DNA of 64,000 nucleotides from contig CACJIB010000002.1 in assembly GCA_902593405.1 (NCBI GenBank), positions 233 through 64,232 on the forward strand. The letters are read 5' to 3'. Below the pieces are notes generated by a model. That model did not search any database. It had not been told where the DNA came from and saw only the letters and a program-made list of their open reading frames with translations. Below are positions 19,747-31,042 of this stretch, piece after piece. The position numbers were made by a program, and so were the translations under genes. How positions within the stretch are numbered: the first letter of the stretch is position 1; every line of letters starts with the position of its first letter. This stretch comes from an uncultured Pelagibacteraceae bacterium (GTDB lineage Bacteria; Pseudomonadota; Alphaproteobacteria; Pelagibacterales; Pelagibacteraceae).

Positions 19747-20015
19747 TAAGCAACTTCCTCATCAGCTTTAAAAGTTCTGAAAATTTCATGGGTTGCTGTA
19801 TCTCTCTCAACTTTGATCCATTGCCTACATCCAGAAATATGTTGCCATAGCTCTAAATGCTTACCTCTTAAACTTTTTCTATTATAAACAAAATTATCCC
19901 ATTCTTGATCAGAAACTTCTTTATTAAGTTCTGGTCTTTTAACACTTGCATCGCCACCATATGAAAATTCATTTTGAGATCTCATTCCACAGTGTGGGCA
20001 ATTTATGTAAAGCAT
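19746..20015 (-). CDS. soxD: Sarcosine oxidase family delta subunit
   Basis: CPHCG...EF.YGG...WQH..GC Zn motif. Confidence 0.92.
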   Translation of the reverse strand: MLYINCPHCGMRSQNEFSYGGDASVKRPELNKEVSDQEWDNFVYNRKSLRGKHLELWQHISGCRQWIKVERDTATHEIFRTFKADEEVA

Positions 20016-21275
20016 TTATGATATCCAAGTTTTAGTACCAAGTCCTTTTTCATCAATAAGATTACCTGTACTAAATCTATTTAAACTATAACCAGCGTTT
20101 AATTCATGAACTCTGTCTTGTGCAATAGTATGAGCAAATGTCCAACCCGAAGCAGGTGTAGCTTTAAACCCTCCATAACACCATCCACAATTTAAATATA
20201 AACCTTCAATGTGTGTTTTATCAATTATAGGTGATCCATCCATTGACATATCCATAATACCACCCCATGTTCTGAGCATTTTTAATTTACTTAAAAACGG
20301 CATCATCGCTATTCCTTCAGTCAATACATGTTGCAATGTCGGTAGATTTCCCCTTTGAGCATAACTATTGTATCCGTCAAGATCACCACCCATTACCATT
20401 TCGCCTTTATCTGATTGACTTACATAAAAGTGTCCTGCACCAAAAGTAACTACACTATCTAAAACTGGTTTAACTGGTTCAGAAACACATGCTTGGAGTA
20501 AATGAGTTTCAATTGGTAATGTCATATTTAATTTTTCTGCTAAAATATTTGTGCTACCCGCAACGCAAATACCAACTTTTTTTGCTTTAATATTTCCTCT
20601 TGAAGTTCTTATTCCTTTTATTTTTCCAGCGGAAACATCGAAACCTATCACCTCACAATTTTGAATTATATCTACCCCCATAGAGTCTGCCTGACGTGCA
20701 TAACCCCATGCAACAGCATCATGTCTTGCTGTGCCTGCACTTGGTTGCATCAGACCACCAAAAATTGGAAATCTTACGTTTTCAGAAAAATCAGCCATTG
20801 GAATAATTTCTTTAACTTGCTCTCTATTTAAAAGAACAGCATCTATTCCATTTAATCTCATAGAATTTCCTCTTCTCGCGTATGCATTCATTTGTGCATC
20901 TGAATGCGCAAGATTAATAATTCCTCTTGGAGAAAACATTACATTGTAATTCAGATCCTGACTCATCTTTCTCCATAAATCCATTCCAAACTCACTGAAC
21001 AAACCATTTTCGTCATGCATGTAATTGGATCTAATGATTGTAGTATTACGCCCTACGTTTCCACCACCGATCCATCCTTTTTCTATAATTGCAACATTTG
21101 TAATATTATGTTCTTTAGCAAGGTAATATGCAGTAGCAAGACCATGACCTCCTCCACCAATAATCACTACATCGTATTCTTCTTTAGGTGTTGGATCTTT
21201 CCAAGCCAAATCCCAATTTTCATGGTTTGAAAAAGCGTTTTTAACAAGGTTAAATATAGAATATTTTTGCATCAA
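20016..21275 (-). CDS. soxB: Sarcosine oxidase family beta subunit
   Basis: GGGGHGLATAYYLA, GRNTTIIRSNY, ARHDAVAWGYAR and GGFKATP motifs. Confidence 0.93.
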   Translation of the reverse strand: MMQKYSIFNLVKNAFSNHENWDLAWKDPTPKEEYDVVIIGGGGHGLATAYYLAKEHNITNVAIIEKGWIGGGNVGRNTTIIRSNYMHDENGLFSEFGMDLWRKMSQDLNYNVMFSPRGIINLAHSDAQMNAYARRGNSMRLNGIDAVLLNREQVKEIIPMADFSENVRFPIFGGLMQPSAGTARHDAVAWGYARQADSMGVDIIQNCEVIGFDVSAGKIKGIRTSRGNIKAKKVGICVAGSTNILAEKLNMTLPIETHLLQACVSEPVKPVLDSVVTFGAGHFYVSQSDKGEMVMGGDLDGYNSYAQRGNLPTLQHVLTEGIAMMPFLSKLKMLRTWGGIMDMSMDGSPIIDKTHIEGLYLNCGWCYGGFKATPASGWTFAHTIAQDRVHELNAGYSLNRFSTGNLIDEKGLGTKTWIS

Positions 21276-21401
21276 ATAATTTTATAACAATCAATTTAAA
21301 TAGTGCTTATTTTTTTTATATATATTTTTTAGAAGTTTCCAAATATCTCAAAAAAGGATAAGAAGTCACAGATAAAAAACTTTAATTTATTTGAATTATT
21401 T

Positions 21402-23084
21402 ATGGCCGAAGTAAAATCTGACATTCAAATAGCTCGAGAAGCTAAGATGCAACCAATAAAAGATATTCTTTCTAAGGTTGGAGTACCAGATGAAAACTTT
21501 GCTTTTAGTCCAATGGGTAGACACATAGCCAAAATAAATTTGGAATATTTAAACACTCTTAAAAAAGAGAATGGAAAATTAATTTTAGTAACTGCAATTA
21601 CTCCCACTCCAGCTGGAGAAGGTAAAACTACAACTTCTGTTGGTTTAAATGACGGTTTAAATAAAATTGGAAAAAAATCTATTGTTTGTTTAAGGGAACC
21701 AAGTCTTGGTCCATCATTCGGAATGAAGGGTGGAGCTGCTGGTGGTGGTTATGCCCAAGTAGTACCAATGGAACAAATCAATCTTCATTTTACAGGTGAC
21801 TTTCATGCTATTACATCTGCTCATAATTTATTATCTGCATTAATTGATAATCATATCTATTGGGGCAACAAACTTAACATTGATGTTAGACGAGTCGTTT
21901 GGAGAAGGGTAATGGATATGAATGATAGATCTTTAAGATCTATTATTGTTGATCTTGGAGGAGTAGCTAATGGTTACCCAAGGCAAGATAGTTTTGATAT
22001 TACAGTTGCATCTGAACTAATGGCTATTTTTTGTTTAGCAACAGATCTAAAAGATTTGGAAAACAGAATTGGAAATATTACAATTGGTTATACTAGGGAT
22101 AAGCAAGCGATTTATGCAAAAGATTTAAATGCTCAAGGTCCAATGACAGTTTTACTTAAAGAGGCAATAAGACCTAATGTAACTCAAACTTTAGAAAACA
22201 ATCCTGCAATAATTCATGGTGGCCCTTTTGCAAATATTGCTCATGGATGTAATTCAGTTATTGCAACTAAAGCTGGACTTAAATTAGCTGACTACGTTGT
22301 AACAGAGGCAGGATTCGGAGCTGATTTGGGAGCTGAAAAATTTCTGGATATTAAGTGTAGAAAATCTGGTCTAAAACCAGATTGTGTTGTCATTGTTGCA
22401 ACTATAAGAGCACTGAAAATGCATGGTGGAGTTGCTAAAGAAGATTTAAAAAAAGAAAATGTATCAGCACTCAAAGAGGGAATGGTAAATTTACGTAGAC
22501 ATATTAATAATATTAGAAAATTTGGATTACCTGTTACTGTTGCAGTTAATCATTTTATTACTGATACTGAAGATGAAATGAAAACCTTGTTAGATTTTTG
22601 TGAAACGCAAGGAGTAAAAGCCTCTAAATGTACTCATTGGTCAAATGGAAGTGAAGGAACTATTGAACTGGCTAAAAATGTTACAGAAATTTGTGAAGAT
22701 AAAAAAGATACATTTAAATTTTTATATGAGGATGATCTTCCGTTATTCAAAAAAATAGAAAAAATTGCACAAGAAATTTATAGCGCATCTGAAGTGGTAG
22801 CTGATACAAAAGTTAGACAACAATTAAAAGATTTTGAAGAAAAAGGTTACGGTAAGTTACCTGTTTGTATTGCAAAAACTCAATATAGTTTTTCAACAGA
22901 TCCAAATTTAAAAGGTGCGCCAACAGGTCATGTTTTGCCTGTAAGAGAGGTAAGACTTTCTTCAGGTGCTGAATTTATAGTTGTTGTGTGTGGAGAAATT
23001 ATGACAATGCCAGGTCTTCCAAGAGTTCCTGCAGCCGATTCAATAAAATTAAATGACAAGGGTGAAATAGAAGGTTTATTCTAA
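21402..23084 (+). CDS. fhs: Formate-tetrahydrofolate ligase
   Basis: [38 protein letters not shown] and MTMPGLP motifs. Confidence 0.97.
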   Translation: MAEVKSDIQIAREAKMQPIKDILSKVGVPDENFAFSPMGRHIAKINLEYLNTLKKENGKLILVTAITPTPAGEGKTTTSVGLNDGLNKIGKKSIVCLREPSLGPSFGMKGGAAGGGYAQVVPMEQINLHFTGDFHAITSAHNLLSALIDNHIYWGNKLNIDVRRVVWRRVMDMNDRSLRSIIVDLGGVANGYPRQDSFDITVASELMAIFCLATDLKDLENRIGNITIGYTRDKQAIYAKDLNAQGPMTVLLKEAIRPNVTQTLENNPAIIHGGPFANIAHGCNSVIATKAGLKLADYVVTEAGFGADLGAEKFLDIKCRKSGLKPDCVVIVATIRALKMHGGVAKEDLKKENVSALKEGMVNLRRHINNIRKFGLPVTVAVNHFITDTEDEMKTLLDFCETQGVKASKCTHWSNGSEGTIELAKNVTEICEDKKDTFKFLYEDDLPLFKKIEKIAQEIYSASEVVADTKVRQQLKDFEEKGYGKLPVCIAKTQYSFSTDPNLKGAPTGHVLPVREVRLSSGAEFIVVVCGEIMTMPGLPRVPAADSIKLNDKGEIEGLF

Positions 23085-23864
23085 ATTTAAGTAGTTTAAC
23101 CAGTTCTCTAACTCTCTCATTCTAGAAACTTTATCTAATTTATTGTTCTCAGTTTCTATATGTTTAATGTGTTTATCTATCTCATTCTCATCTTTAAATG
23201 CACCTTTTTCTAAAAGTCTCTTTTTTCTAAAAATAATCAAATTAATCATTTTATTATAAGTAATCTCAGGATGATATTGAAGTCCCCATATATTGCAGTT
23301 ACCAACTTTAAAATTTATTCCTTGAACGTTATTTATTGAGTTTGAGGCTAACAAAATTGAATTTTCTGGCATTGTTACTACTTCGTCAAAATTAAATGCA
23401 GGTGTATTAAATTTTATATTTTTATTTTTGTAAAGTGGATGATTTAAGCCTCTTTCATTAATTTCTATATTTGATGCAATCCCTCTATGAGATCCTTTTG
23501 TCGCTTTTTTTACTTCCCCTCCTGCCGCGGTCACAGCGACCTGCATGCCCCAACAAATTGCTAGAATTTTTTTAATTTTTTTCTGACACTCTTTCATGAA
23601 ATCAATTTGTCTTTTTATTTCTGGGGTGTTGTTATAAATATTTAAACTACTTCCGCCCCAAATAAGGCCATCGTAGCTTTCAAGTGCATCAATATTTTTA
23701 TCGATATTTTCATCTGAAGAAGGATTAACCACGTGGGTTTCTAATTTATCTGTAAAAAACGCTAAACTATCTTTAAGGCTTTCTGTATGTGTTTGAATAC
23801 CAGCTGCAGAAAAACTTTGATTTTCTTCTCGTAAGTTTCCTTCTACTATCAATATTTTTTTCAT
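23076..23864 (-). CDS. Class I glutamine amidotransferase-like hydrolase
   Basis: Nucleophile elbow AICWGMQ and QYHPE triad motif. Confidence 0.85.
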   Translation of the reverse strand: MKKILIVEGNLREENQSFSAAGIQTHTESLKDSLAFFTDKLETHVVNPSSDENIDKNIDALESYDGLIWGGSSLNIYNNTPEIKRQIDFMKECQKKIKKILAICWGMQVAVTAAGGEVKKATKGSHRGIASNIEINERGLNHPLYKNKNIKFNTPAFNFDEVVTMPENSILLASNSINNVQGINFKVGNCNIWGLQYHPEITYNKMINLIIFRKKRLLEKGAFKDENEIDKHIKHIETENNKLDKVSRMRELENWLNYLNLE

Positions 23865-25021
23865 TAAAATAATTCTCCAGAAATACTTTTTATATACATT
23901 TCTTTTAGATCATTTTGGCTTAATTTTTTAGGATTTCCTACTGTTGATGGGTCTTCAAATGCCATTAAGGAAAGTTCATCTAGATTAATATTATTACAAT
24001 CCATTACATCCGACAATTTGTGTGGAATATTTAAATTTTGTCTTAATTCCAAAATCCAATTTAAAAAACTATCAAAATTTTTATTTAAATTAAGATAATC
24101 ACAAATCGATATTATTTTATTTTCAATTGAGTGTTTATTAAATGTCAAAACATAAGGCATAAATATTGCATTTGATAAGCCATGGTGAACATTGAATTTA
24201 CCATTTACAGGGTGGCTCAATGAGTGAATTGCCCCCAGTCCCTTCTGAAATGCAGTCGAGCCCATTGAAGCAGCTGAAAGTAAATCCATTCTAGCATTAA
24301 CATCTTTTCCATTTGTGAATGCTTTAATTAATGAATTTTTAATTAATTTCATTCCTTCTATTGCCATACCATCAGCCATTGGATGATATCCTGGTGCACA
24401 AAACGCTTCTAAATTATGTGCAAGTGCATCCATTCCTGTCGCTGCTGTTAATCTTGGAGATAAATCTAATGTAAGTAAAGGATCTAAAATCACAATCGAA
24501 GGTAACATTTTTGGGTGAAAAATAATTTTTTTTGCACCTGTTTCTTTATTTATAATTGCAGATGCTCTACCTGTTTCAGATCCTGTTCCAGCAGTGGTTG
24601 GAACTGCAATAATTTTTGAAATTTTAGAACTATCTGCTCTTGTCCAGTAATCACCAATATCTTCGAAATCCCATAACGGTCGAGATTGATTACACATAAA
24701 TGCTATGGCTTTTCCAACATCTAAACCACTTCCGCCTCCTAAAGCTATTACACCATCACAATTCGAGGTATTGTAAACTTTAACGCCTTCTTGCACATTT
24801 TCTCCAATTGGATTTCCCGTAAAGTTAGAAAAAGTAGCTAAATTTTGAAAACTTTTTTTTAATTTTAATATTATATTTTTTATTAAATCTAAGTTAATTA
24901 AATCTTTGTCTGTTACAAATAATGGATTTGAAATATTTAACTCTTTGCAGGCTAAGGATAAATCTTCAATTCTATTTTCTCCTATCCACATAGTGGTTGG
25001 ATAATTCCACTTGACACCCAT
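23864..25021 (-). CDS. Iron-containing alcohol dehydrogenase
   Basis: GGGSGLD, PTTAGTGSE, GMDALAH, HSLSH and HHG Fe ligands. Confidence 0.92.
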   Translation of the reverse strand: MGVKWNYPTTMWIGENRIEDLSLACKELNISNPLFVTDKDLINLDLIKNIILKLKKSFQNLATFSNFTGNPIGENVQEGVKVYNTSNCDGVIALGGGSGLDVGKAIAFMCNQSRPLWDFEDIGDYWTRADSSKISKIIAVPTTAGTGSETGRASAIINKETGAKKIIFHPKMLPSIVILDPLLTLDLSPRLTAATGMDALAHNLEAFCAPGYHPMADGMAIEGMKLIKNSLIKAFTNGKDVNARMDLLSAASMGSTAFQKGLGAIHSLSHPVNGKFNVHHGLSNAIFMPYVLTFNKHSIENKIISICDYLNLNKNFDSFLNWILELRQNLNIPHKLSDVMDCNNINLDELSLMAFEDPSTVGNPKKLSQNDLKEMYIKSISGELF

Positions 25022-25098
25022 AACAAAATATAATTTTATTTTTTTAAAAATTGTTAGTAAGATATATTTATAAATTTATTAATGATAGGAAAAATTCT

Positions 25099-26430
25099 AT
25101 GTCAAAAGTAGCAATCATAGGCGCTGGTCCATGTGGACTTTCAATTTTAAGAGCATTTGAGCATTTAGAAAATAAAGGAGAAAAAATTCCAGAAATAGTT
25201 TGCTTTGAAAAACAAGAAAGTTGGGGTGGTTTATGGAACTACAACTGGAGAACTGGTTCAGATCAATACGGAGATCCTGTGCCTAACAGTATGTACAGAT
25301 ACTTATGGTCTAATGGACCTAAAGAGTGTTTAGAATTTGCTGATTATTCTTTTGATGAACACTTTGGAAAACCAATTCCCTCTTTCCCTCCAAGAGAAGT
25401 GCTGCAAGATTATATTTTAGGAAGAGTGAGCAAAGGAAATATAAAAAGTAAGATTAAATTTAATACAAGAGTTACAAATACTGTTTATAAAAATGACAAG
25501 TTTGAAATTAGCTACCAGGACAAAGTAAATAATAAAATTTTAAATGATACGTTTGATTTTGTGGTGGTCTCTACGGGTCATTTTTCTGTGCCTTTTATTC
25601 CTGAGTACGAAGGAATGAATTCTTTCCCGGGAAGAATAATGCACTCACATGATTTTAGAGATGCTGAAGAATTTAGAGGAAAAGATGTAATTGTTTTAGG
25701 GAGCAGTTATTCTGCAGAAGATGTGGCTCTACAATGTAATAAGTATGGTGCTAAAAGTGTAACAATCGGTTACAGGCATAACCCAATGGGTTTCAAATGG
25801 CCAAAAGGCATGAAAGAAGTTCATTACTTAGACAGGTTAGAAGGGAAAAAAGCCATATTTAAAGATGGAACTGAACAAAATGCTGACGTAGTTATTTTGT
25901 GTACAGGATATTTGCATCATTTCCCATTTTTAGATGAAAGCTTAAAATTAAAAACACATAACAGATTATATCCACCAAAACTTTACAAAGGAGTTGTGTG
26001 GCAAGATAATCATAAACTTTTATACCTAGGTATGCAGGACCAATTTCATACATTTAACATGTTTGACTGTCAGGGATGGTATGCAAGAGATGTGATCATG
26101 GGTAAAATCAAAATGCCTAGTGATGAAGAAATAGATAAAGACATAAATAAATGGGTTTCAATGGAAGAAAAATTAGAAAATCCTGATCAAATGATTGATT
26201 TTCAAACAGAATATACCAAAGAACTTCATGATATGTCTGATTATCCTGAAATAGATTTTGAATTAATTAGAAAACATTTTAAAGAATGGGAACATCATAA
26301 AGTAGAAGACATTCTAACTTATAGAAATAAATCGTTTTCATCTCCTGTAACTGGATCTGTTGCACCAATCCATCACACACCTTGGGAAAAAGCGATGGAT
26401 GACTCAATGAAAACTTTTTTAAATAAATAA
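25099..26430 (+). CDS. tmm: Trimethylamine monooxygenase (bacterial FMO)
   Basis: GAGPCG, WGGLWNYNWRTG, SMYRYLWSNGPKECLEFADY and FMO signature FPGRIMHSHDF; ATG at 25099 preferred. Confidence 0.9.
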   Translation: MSKVAIIGAGPCGLSILRAFEHLENKGEKIPEIVCFEKQESWGGLWNYNWRTGSDQYGDPVPNSMYRYLWSNGPKECLEFADYSFDEHFGKPIPSFPPREVLQDYILGRVSKGNIKSKIKFNTRVTNTVYKNDKFEISYQDKVNNKILNDTFDFVVVSTGHFSVPFIPEYEGMNSFPGRIMHSHDFRDAEEFRGKDVIVLGSSYSAEDVALQCNKYGAKSVTIGYRHNPMGFKWPKGMKEVHYLDRLEGKKAIFKDGTEQNADVVILCTGYLHHFPFLDESLKLKTHNRLYPPKLYKGVVWQDNHKLLYLGMQDQFHTFNMFDCQGWYARDVIMGKIKMPSDEEIDKDINKWVSMEEKLENPDQMIDFQTEYTKELHDMSDYPEIDFELIRKHFKEWEHHKVEDILTYRNKSFSSPVTGSVAPIHHTPWEKAMDDSMKTFLNK

Positions 26431-26434
26431 AAAA

Positions 26435-27397
26435 TTAATAATTTATTTTTAATTTTTTATTTTTAGTAATTGCATTTAATAATGCAATCATTAGTGGGAT
26501 TTTTTTCTTATTAATTTTTTTTAAAACATAGGGTGCAATTTCATTGGCTAAATCAGCTCCTTCAATGGTGTCATTTCTCATAAATTTCTTTTTAGCGTTT
26601 TTAAAAGAAAATCCTTTACCTAAGTATTCTCCCATTTTGCTGTTTCTGCCACCTACAGCACTCACATAAAGATCTCCAATACCAGCTAAACCGTAAACTG
26701 TTTCTTCTTTTCCTTTAAAAAATTTAATTAAATATTTCATTTCTTCTATAGATTTTCTGAATAAAGCAGATGAAGTATTATTTCCTTGACCCGATCCGAT
26801 TATCATCGAATAAATATTCTTAATAGCAGAGGAAAACTCAACACCTTTTACATCTGATGAGTATTCTGTTTTGTAATAATGAGTTGAAATCATTTTTCCA
26901 ATTTTTTTAGCAATACTTATTTTTTTATTTGCTATTACAGTATAACTTTTTATCTTCCTGGCTAATTCTTTTGCTAAACAAGGGCCTTTTAATATTGAAA
27001 TATTTAATTTTTTTTTATTTAAATTTAATTGCTCAGACATACTAATTAATTTTTTACTTTTTTTTTGAAATTTCAAACCTTTTGTTAAAACAAGTATTAA
27101 AGTTTTTTGTTTAAGATCTTTTAGATAATTTTTTATCATATCTATACCTACTGAGCTCACAGCAACGACTATTAAATCCCATTTATCATTCAAAAGTTCA
27201 GGACTAAATTTCTTAAGATTGAGCTTATTTGATAAGTTAATTTTTAGAGCTGGATGAAATTTTTTTTTATTTTTTAATTTTTTAAGTAAATTTGGGTTAT
27301 ATGGTTCAGTCAAAGTTACTTTTTGATTATTGTCAATTAAAGGAACAGAAAAAGCTGCACCCATTGCTCCTGCTCCAATTATTAAAACTTTTTTCAT
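26435..27397 (-). CDS. gpsA: NAD(P)H-dependent glycerol-3-phosphate dehydrogenase family
   Basis: GAGAMG, LTKG, GPCLAKE, AIKNIY, GLAGIGDL and RN motifs. Confidence 0.8.
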   Translation of the reverse strand: MKKVLIIGAGAMGAAFSVPLIDNNQKVTLTEPYNPNLLKKLKNKKKFHPALKINLSNKLNLKKFSPELLNDKWDLIVVAVSSVGIDMIKNYLKDLKQKTLILVLTKGLKFQKKSKKLISMSEQLNLNKKKLNISILKGPCLAKELARKIKSYTVIANKKISIAKKIGKMISTHYYKTEYSSDVKGVEFSSAIKNIYSMIIGSGQGNNTSSALFRKSIEEMKYLIKFFKGKEETVYGLAGIGDLYVSAVGGRNSKMGEYLGKGFSFKNAKKKFMRNDTIEGADLANEIAPYVLKKINKKKIPLMIALLNAITKNKKLKINY

Positions 27398-27402
27398 AAA
27401 TA

Positions 27403-28881
27403 TTATGCTAAAGTTTTTTTAATTGCTTGCTGCCAACCTTGCAATAAGTGATTTCTCAATTTTTTATTAATTTTTGGTATAAATTCCTTATCTTTTCTCC
27501 ATGTATTTTTAAAATGATTAAATGATTTAAATTCTCCAATTTGGTAACCTGCCAACATTGCGGCTCCGAGAGCAGTTGTTTCTAAAATTTTAGGTCTAAC
27601 TACTTTTAAATTAATTATATTTGCCAAAAATTGTGAGAACCAATTATTAGCTACCATGCCACCATCAATTTTAACTATTCTGGGTTTTAAACCATCTTTA
27701 TTCATTGAATAAAATAAGTCATTACTTTGATAAGCAACTGACTCAACGGTTGCTCTCACTAAAGTTTTCCAATCACTATCTCTTGTAAGTCCTGTTATTA
27801 AACCTCTTGCATCAGGTCTCCAATAAGGAGCCCCTATTCCACTAAAAGCTGGGACAACATAAACTTCATTGTTAGTTTTTGTTGATTTAGCTATTTTTTC
27901 AGTTTCATAAGCATTGTTTATTAATTTAATTTTATCCCTTAACCATTGTACGCCTGCTCCTGCTATAAAAATAGATCCTTCGAGAGCATATGTGGTCTTA
28001 TTATTCAATCGATAACAAATTGTAGTTAATAACTTATTTTTTGAATTTATTTTTTTTGATCCAGTATTCATTATTACAAAAGCACCAGTACCATAAGTAC
28101 TTTTTATAGATCCTTTTTCAAAACAAGCTTGTCCTACAGCGGCTGCTTGTTGATCTCCTAAAACAGCTGAAATGGTTATTTCTTTTCCTATAACTCTCTT
28201 GTCTGTTTTTCCAAAATTATCTGCAGAATTTTTTACCTCTGGCAAGATGCTCCTTGGAATTTTTAATTTCTGTAAAATTTGATTATCCCATTTATTGTTA
28301 TTGATATTAAACAACATGGTTCTACTTGCGTTGGTAGCTTCGGTTAAATGCTGTTTACCTTTAGTTAATTTCCAGATTAAGAAGGTATCTACTGTACCAA
28401 ATAATAAATTATTAGTTTTGAGTAACTTTTTTGAAACTTTTACATTATCTAAAATCCATTTTATTTTAGTTGCAGAAAAATAAGGATCTATAAATAATCC
28501 AGTTTTTTTTCTGAAGGTGTTTTCAAAATTTTTATTCTTTAGAAATTTACAATATTCCTGCGTTCTTCTATCCTGCCAAACGATTGCATTATAAATGGGT
28601 TTTCCAGTTTTTTTATTCCACAAAATTGTAGTTTCTCTCTGATTTGTAATTCCAATTGTAAGTATGTGACCTTTTAAACTTATAGATTTTTTGATCACTT
28701 TTTTTAACGCTTTAAGTGTTGTCGACCAAATTTCATTTGGATTGTGCTCTACCCAACCATTTCTTGGAAAGTATTGTTTAAATTCATATTGTGAAATAAA
28801 TTTAATGTTTCCTTTAATATCAAAAAGCACTACCCTTGAGGAAGTTGTCCCCTGGTCTATCGAGATAATAAATTTTTTCAA
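27403..28881 (-). CDS. glpK: Glycerol kinase
   Basis: DQGTTSSR, GITNQRETT, TNASRT, GDQQAA, YGTG and YALEGS motifs. Confidence 0.95.
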   Translation of the reverse strand: MKKFIISIDQGTTSSRVVLFDIKGNIKFISQYEFKQYFPRNGWVEHNPNEIWSTTLKALKKVIKKSISLKGHILTIGITNQRETTILWNKKTGKPIYNAIVWQDRRTQEYCKFLKNKNFENTFRKKTGLFIDPYFSATKIKWILDNVKVSKKLLKTNNLLFGTVDTFLIWKLTKGKQHLTEATNASRTMLFNINNNKWDNQILQKLKIPRSILPEVKNSADNFGKTDKRVIGKEITISAVLGDQQAAAVGQACFEKGSIKSTYGTGAFVIMNTGSKKINSKNKLLTTICYRLNNKTTYALEGSIFIAGAGVQWLRDKIKLINNAYETEKIAKSTKTNNEVYVVPAFSGIGAPYWRPDARGLITGLTRDSDWKTLVRATVESVAYQSNDLFYSMNKDGLKPRIVKIDGGMVANNWFSQFLANIINLKVVRPKILETTALGAAMLAGYQIGEFKSFNHFKNTWRKDKEFIPKINKKLRNHLLQGWQQAIKKTLA

Positions 28882-28885
28882 AATA

Positions 28886-31039
28886 CTAATCTATGCCAAG
28901 ATGTTTTTTTCTTTTTCCAACCCAAGTTCTAATCAAATTATCAAAAATCAATCCTATAAACGCAACACAGATACCTAGAGTTAAACCAATTCCTGCTCCA
29001 TTTTTATCTGAAAGTGCTTTTAAAATGTATTGACCAAGATCTTCTGTTCCAATGAAAGCTCCAATTATCACCATAAATAAAGCAAAAACTATTGTTTGAT
29101 TTAAACCAAGCATCATATGTGGAAATGCTAGTGGAAATTCAATTTTTGTTAATCTCTGAAATTTATTAACTCCAGACATTGTCGCGGCCTCATGCAAACC
29201 AACCGGAACGCTTCTTAAACCTTCAATTGTGTACCTTGTTGCAGGAATTGTGGCATAAACAATTACTGCAATCAATACAGAAGTATCTGTAATTCCAAAT
29301 AGCATCATTACAGGAATTAAATATACAAATGATGGGAAAGTTTGAAAAATATCACAAACCCCTAGCATAAACGCAGCTGATTTTTTATTCTGAAAACATA
29401 AAGTTCCAACTGTAAATCCTATCAAACAAGAAATAACTACACCAAAAGTTGCCATATATAATGTTACTAGTGCTCTATCCCACCATGGACTTAAAGCAAT
29501 AAACAAAGTCAAAGCAGCAACAACTAATGCTGATCGAATTCCCCCAATTAAATATCCTGCACCAACTGCTAGTACCAATGTAGCAACCGCAGGCATTCTT
29601 AAATATAAAGCTCTCATCGGCTGAAGCACATCTTGAATTAACCATGTATTGAATGCTTTAATATACACGAAGAAAGTATCAAAAATCCAATCAACTCCTT
29701 TGTTCCAAAAATCTGCTGTTGATATTCCTTTATTATGAGGAATTTCAAACAAGTAATTAAAACTACCTTTGAAAATAAAAGTCCCAACATATGCAAGAAT
29801 TATTCCGATTACGAATGAAGCTCCAAAAAATATTACATTTTTATTTCTTTGGAAAAATGTCAGATTACCAAAATAATCTGTTTGTTTATTCGCCCATGCC
29901 AAAGACATTTTATCAAGTAAAATTGCAATTAAACTAATACATAAACCAGCCTCTAGTGCCAACCCTATATTGAGTTGATTAAGTGCTAACAACAAATTAA
30001 ATCCTAATCCTTTCGCGCCAATGAACGCAGATATAACTGCCATTGAAAAACAAACCATAATAACTTGGTTAACTCCAATTAAAATATCTCTTCTTGCTGT
30101 TGGAATTAGTACCTTGAACATTAATTGCCAATTGGTACAACCACTCATTCTTCCAGCTTCAATAACTTCGGGAGGTATGGCTCTTAAACCTAATATTGTT
30201 AATAATATCATTGGTGGAACCGCAACAACCATAGTAATAATTACAGCAGCGTGATCACCTACTCCAAATAAAACAAGTGCAGGGACTAAAACAGCGTATT
30301 GTGGCATAGTCTGCATTACTAGAAGAATTGGGTACAATGCTTTTTCAACTCGTTTACTTTTGTAAGCTGCAATACCAAGGCCTAAACCAAAAATAAATGA
30401 AAGTGGAGCTGCAACAAGTATAAAAGAAAGCGTTTGCATTGATGGTTTCCATTGACCAAATATAGAAATATAGATCATTGTTAAACCTGCAAACAAAGCC
30501 AATCCTTTTCCACTTAATTTATAAGATAGTAGAGCTGCTCCAGCTGCAACAATGGTCCAAGGTAAACCTGGCAACTCTAACCATGGATAAGCATCAATAA
30601 AATCCCAACTTGTAAATGCAACAATAGTTTCTAAACCTCCAAGTAAAATTTCCCTAATTAATTCAATTAAAAAAGTCATAAATGAAGTTAAATTTCTACT
30701 TATCTCTAATAATAATGGTCGAGTTTTAAATTCTTGAGTATCTTCGTTCCAAAACTCCATTGGCATCCATTCATTCATTAAGAAAAATAAAGAGTCGTTT
30801 ATCCAAATAGGCAGCCATCCTAGAAGTGGAGGCAATCTCCAAAATACATCAAAGGCATAATACCTAACCTCTTTACCTAGAAAAAAGTAAACACTTTGGT
30901 TTGGATCTTTAACAAATTCAGCCTGGCCTCTTATAAATTTATAAGTTTCAGGAACATCAATTGCAAAACATAAAGCAAAAAATACAATTAATAAAAATAA
31001 CCATTGAAATAATTTTGGATATTTTTTTAAATACTCCAT
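28886..31039 (-). CDS. tmoV: TMAO ABC transporter fused double permease
   Basis: Two ProW-like domains, each with an EAA loop (EAGRMSG, EAATMSG); context with tmoX and tdm. Confidence 0.8.
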   Translation of the reverse strand: MEYLKKYPKLFQWLFLLIVFFALCFAIDVPETYKFIRGQAEFVKDPNQSVYFFLGKEVRYYAFDVFWRLPPLLGWLPIWINDSLFFLMNEWMPMEFWNEDTQEFKTRPLLLEISRNLTSFMTFLIELIREILLGGLETIVAFTSWDFIDAYPWLELPGLPWTIVAAGAALLSYKLSGKGLALFAGLTMIYISIFGQWKPSMQTLSFILVAAPLSFIFGLGLGIAAYKSKRVEKALYPILLVMQTMPQYAVLVPALVLFGVGDHAAVIITMVVAVPPMILLTILGLRAIPPEVIEAGRMSGCTNWQLMFKVLIPTARRDILIGVNQVIMVCFSMAVISAFIGAKGLGFNLLLALNQLNIGLALEAGLCISLIAILLDKMSLAWANKQTDYFGNLTFFQRNKNVIFFGASFVIGIILAYVGTFIFKGSFNYLFEIPHNKGISTADFWNKGVDWIFDTFFVYIKAFNTWLIQDVLQPMRALYLRMPAVATLVLAVGAGYLIGGIRSALVVAALTLFIALSPWWDRALVTLYMATFGVVISCLIGFTVGTLCFQNKKSAAFMLGVCDIFQTFPSFVYLIPVMMLFGITDTSVLIAVIVYATIPATRYTIEGLRSVPVGLHEAATMSGVNKFQRLTKIEFPLAFPHMMLGLNQTIVFALFMVIIGAFIGTEDLGQYILKALSDKNGAGIGLTLGICVAFIGLIFDNLIRTWVGKRKKHLGID

Positions 31040-31042
31040 ATT

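Noticed and set aside
21276-21401. Folate- or ZTP-type riboswitch upstream of fhs
   Set aside because: AT-rich spacer with no recognisable stems or consensus
25051-25098. N-terminal extension of tmm from TTG
   Set aside because: The FAD-binding motif begins right after ATG 25099, which has AGGA upstream
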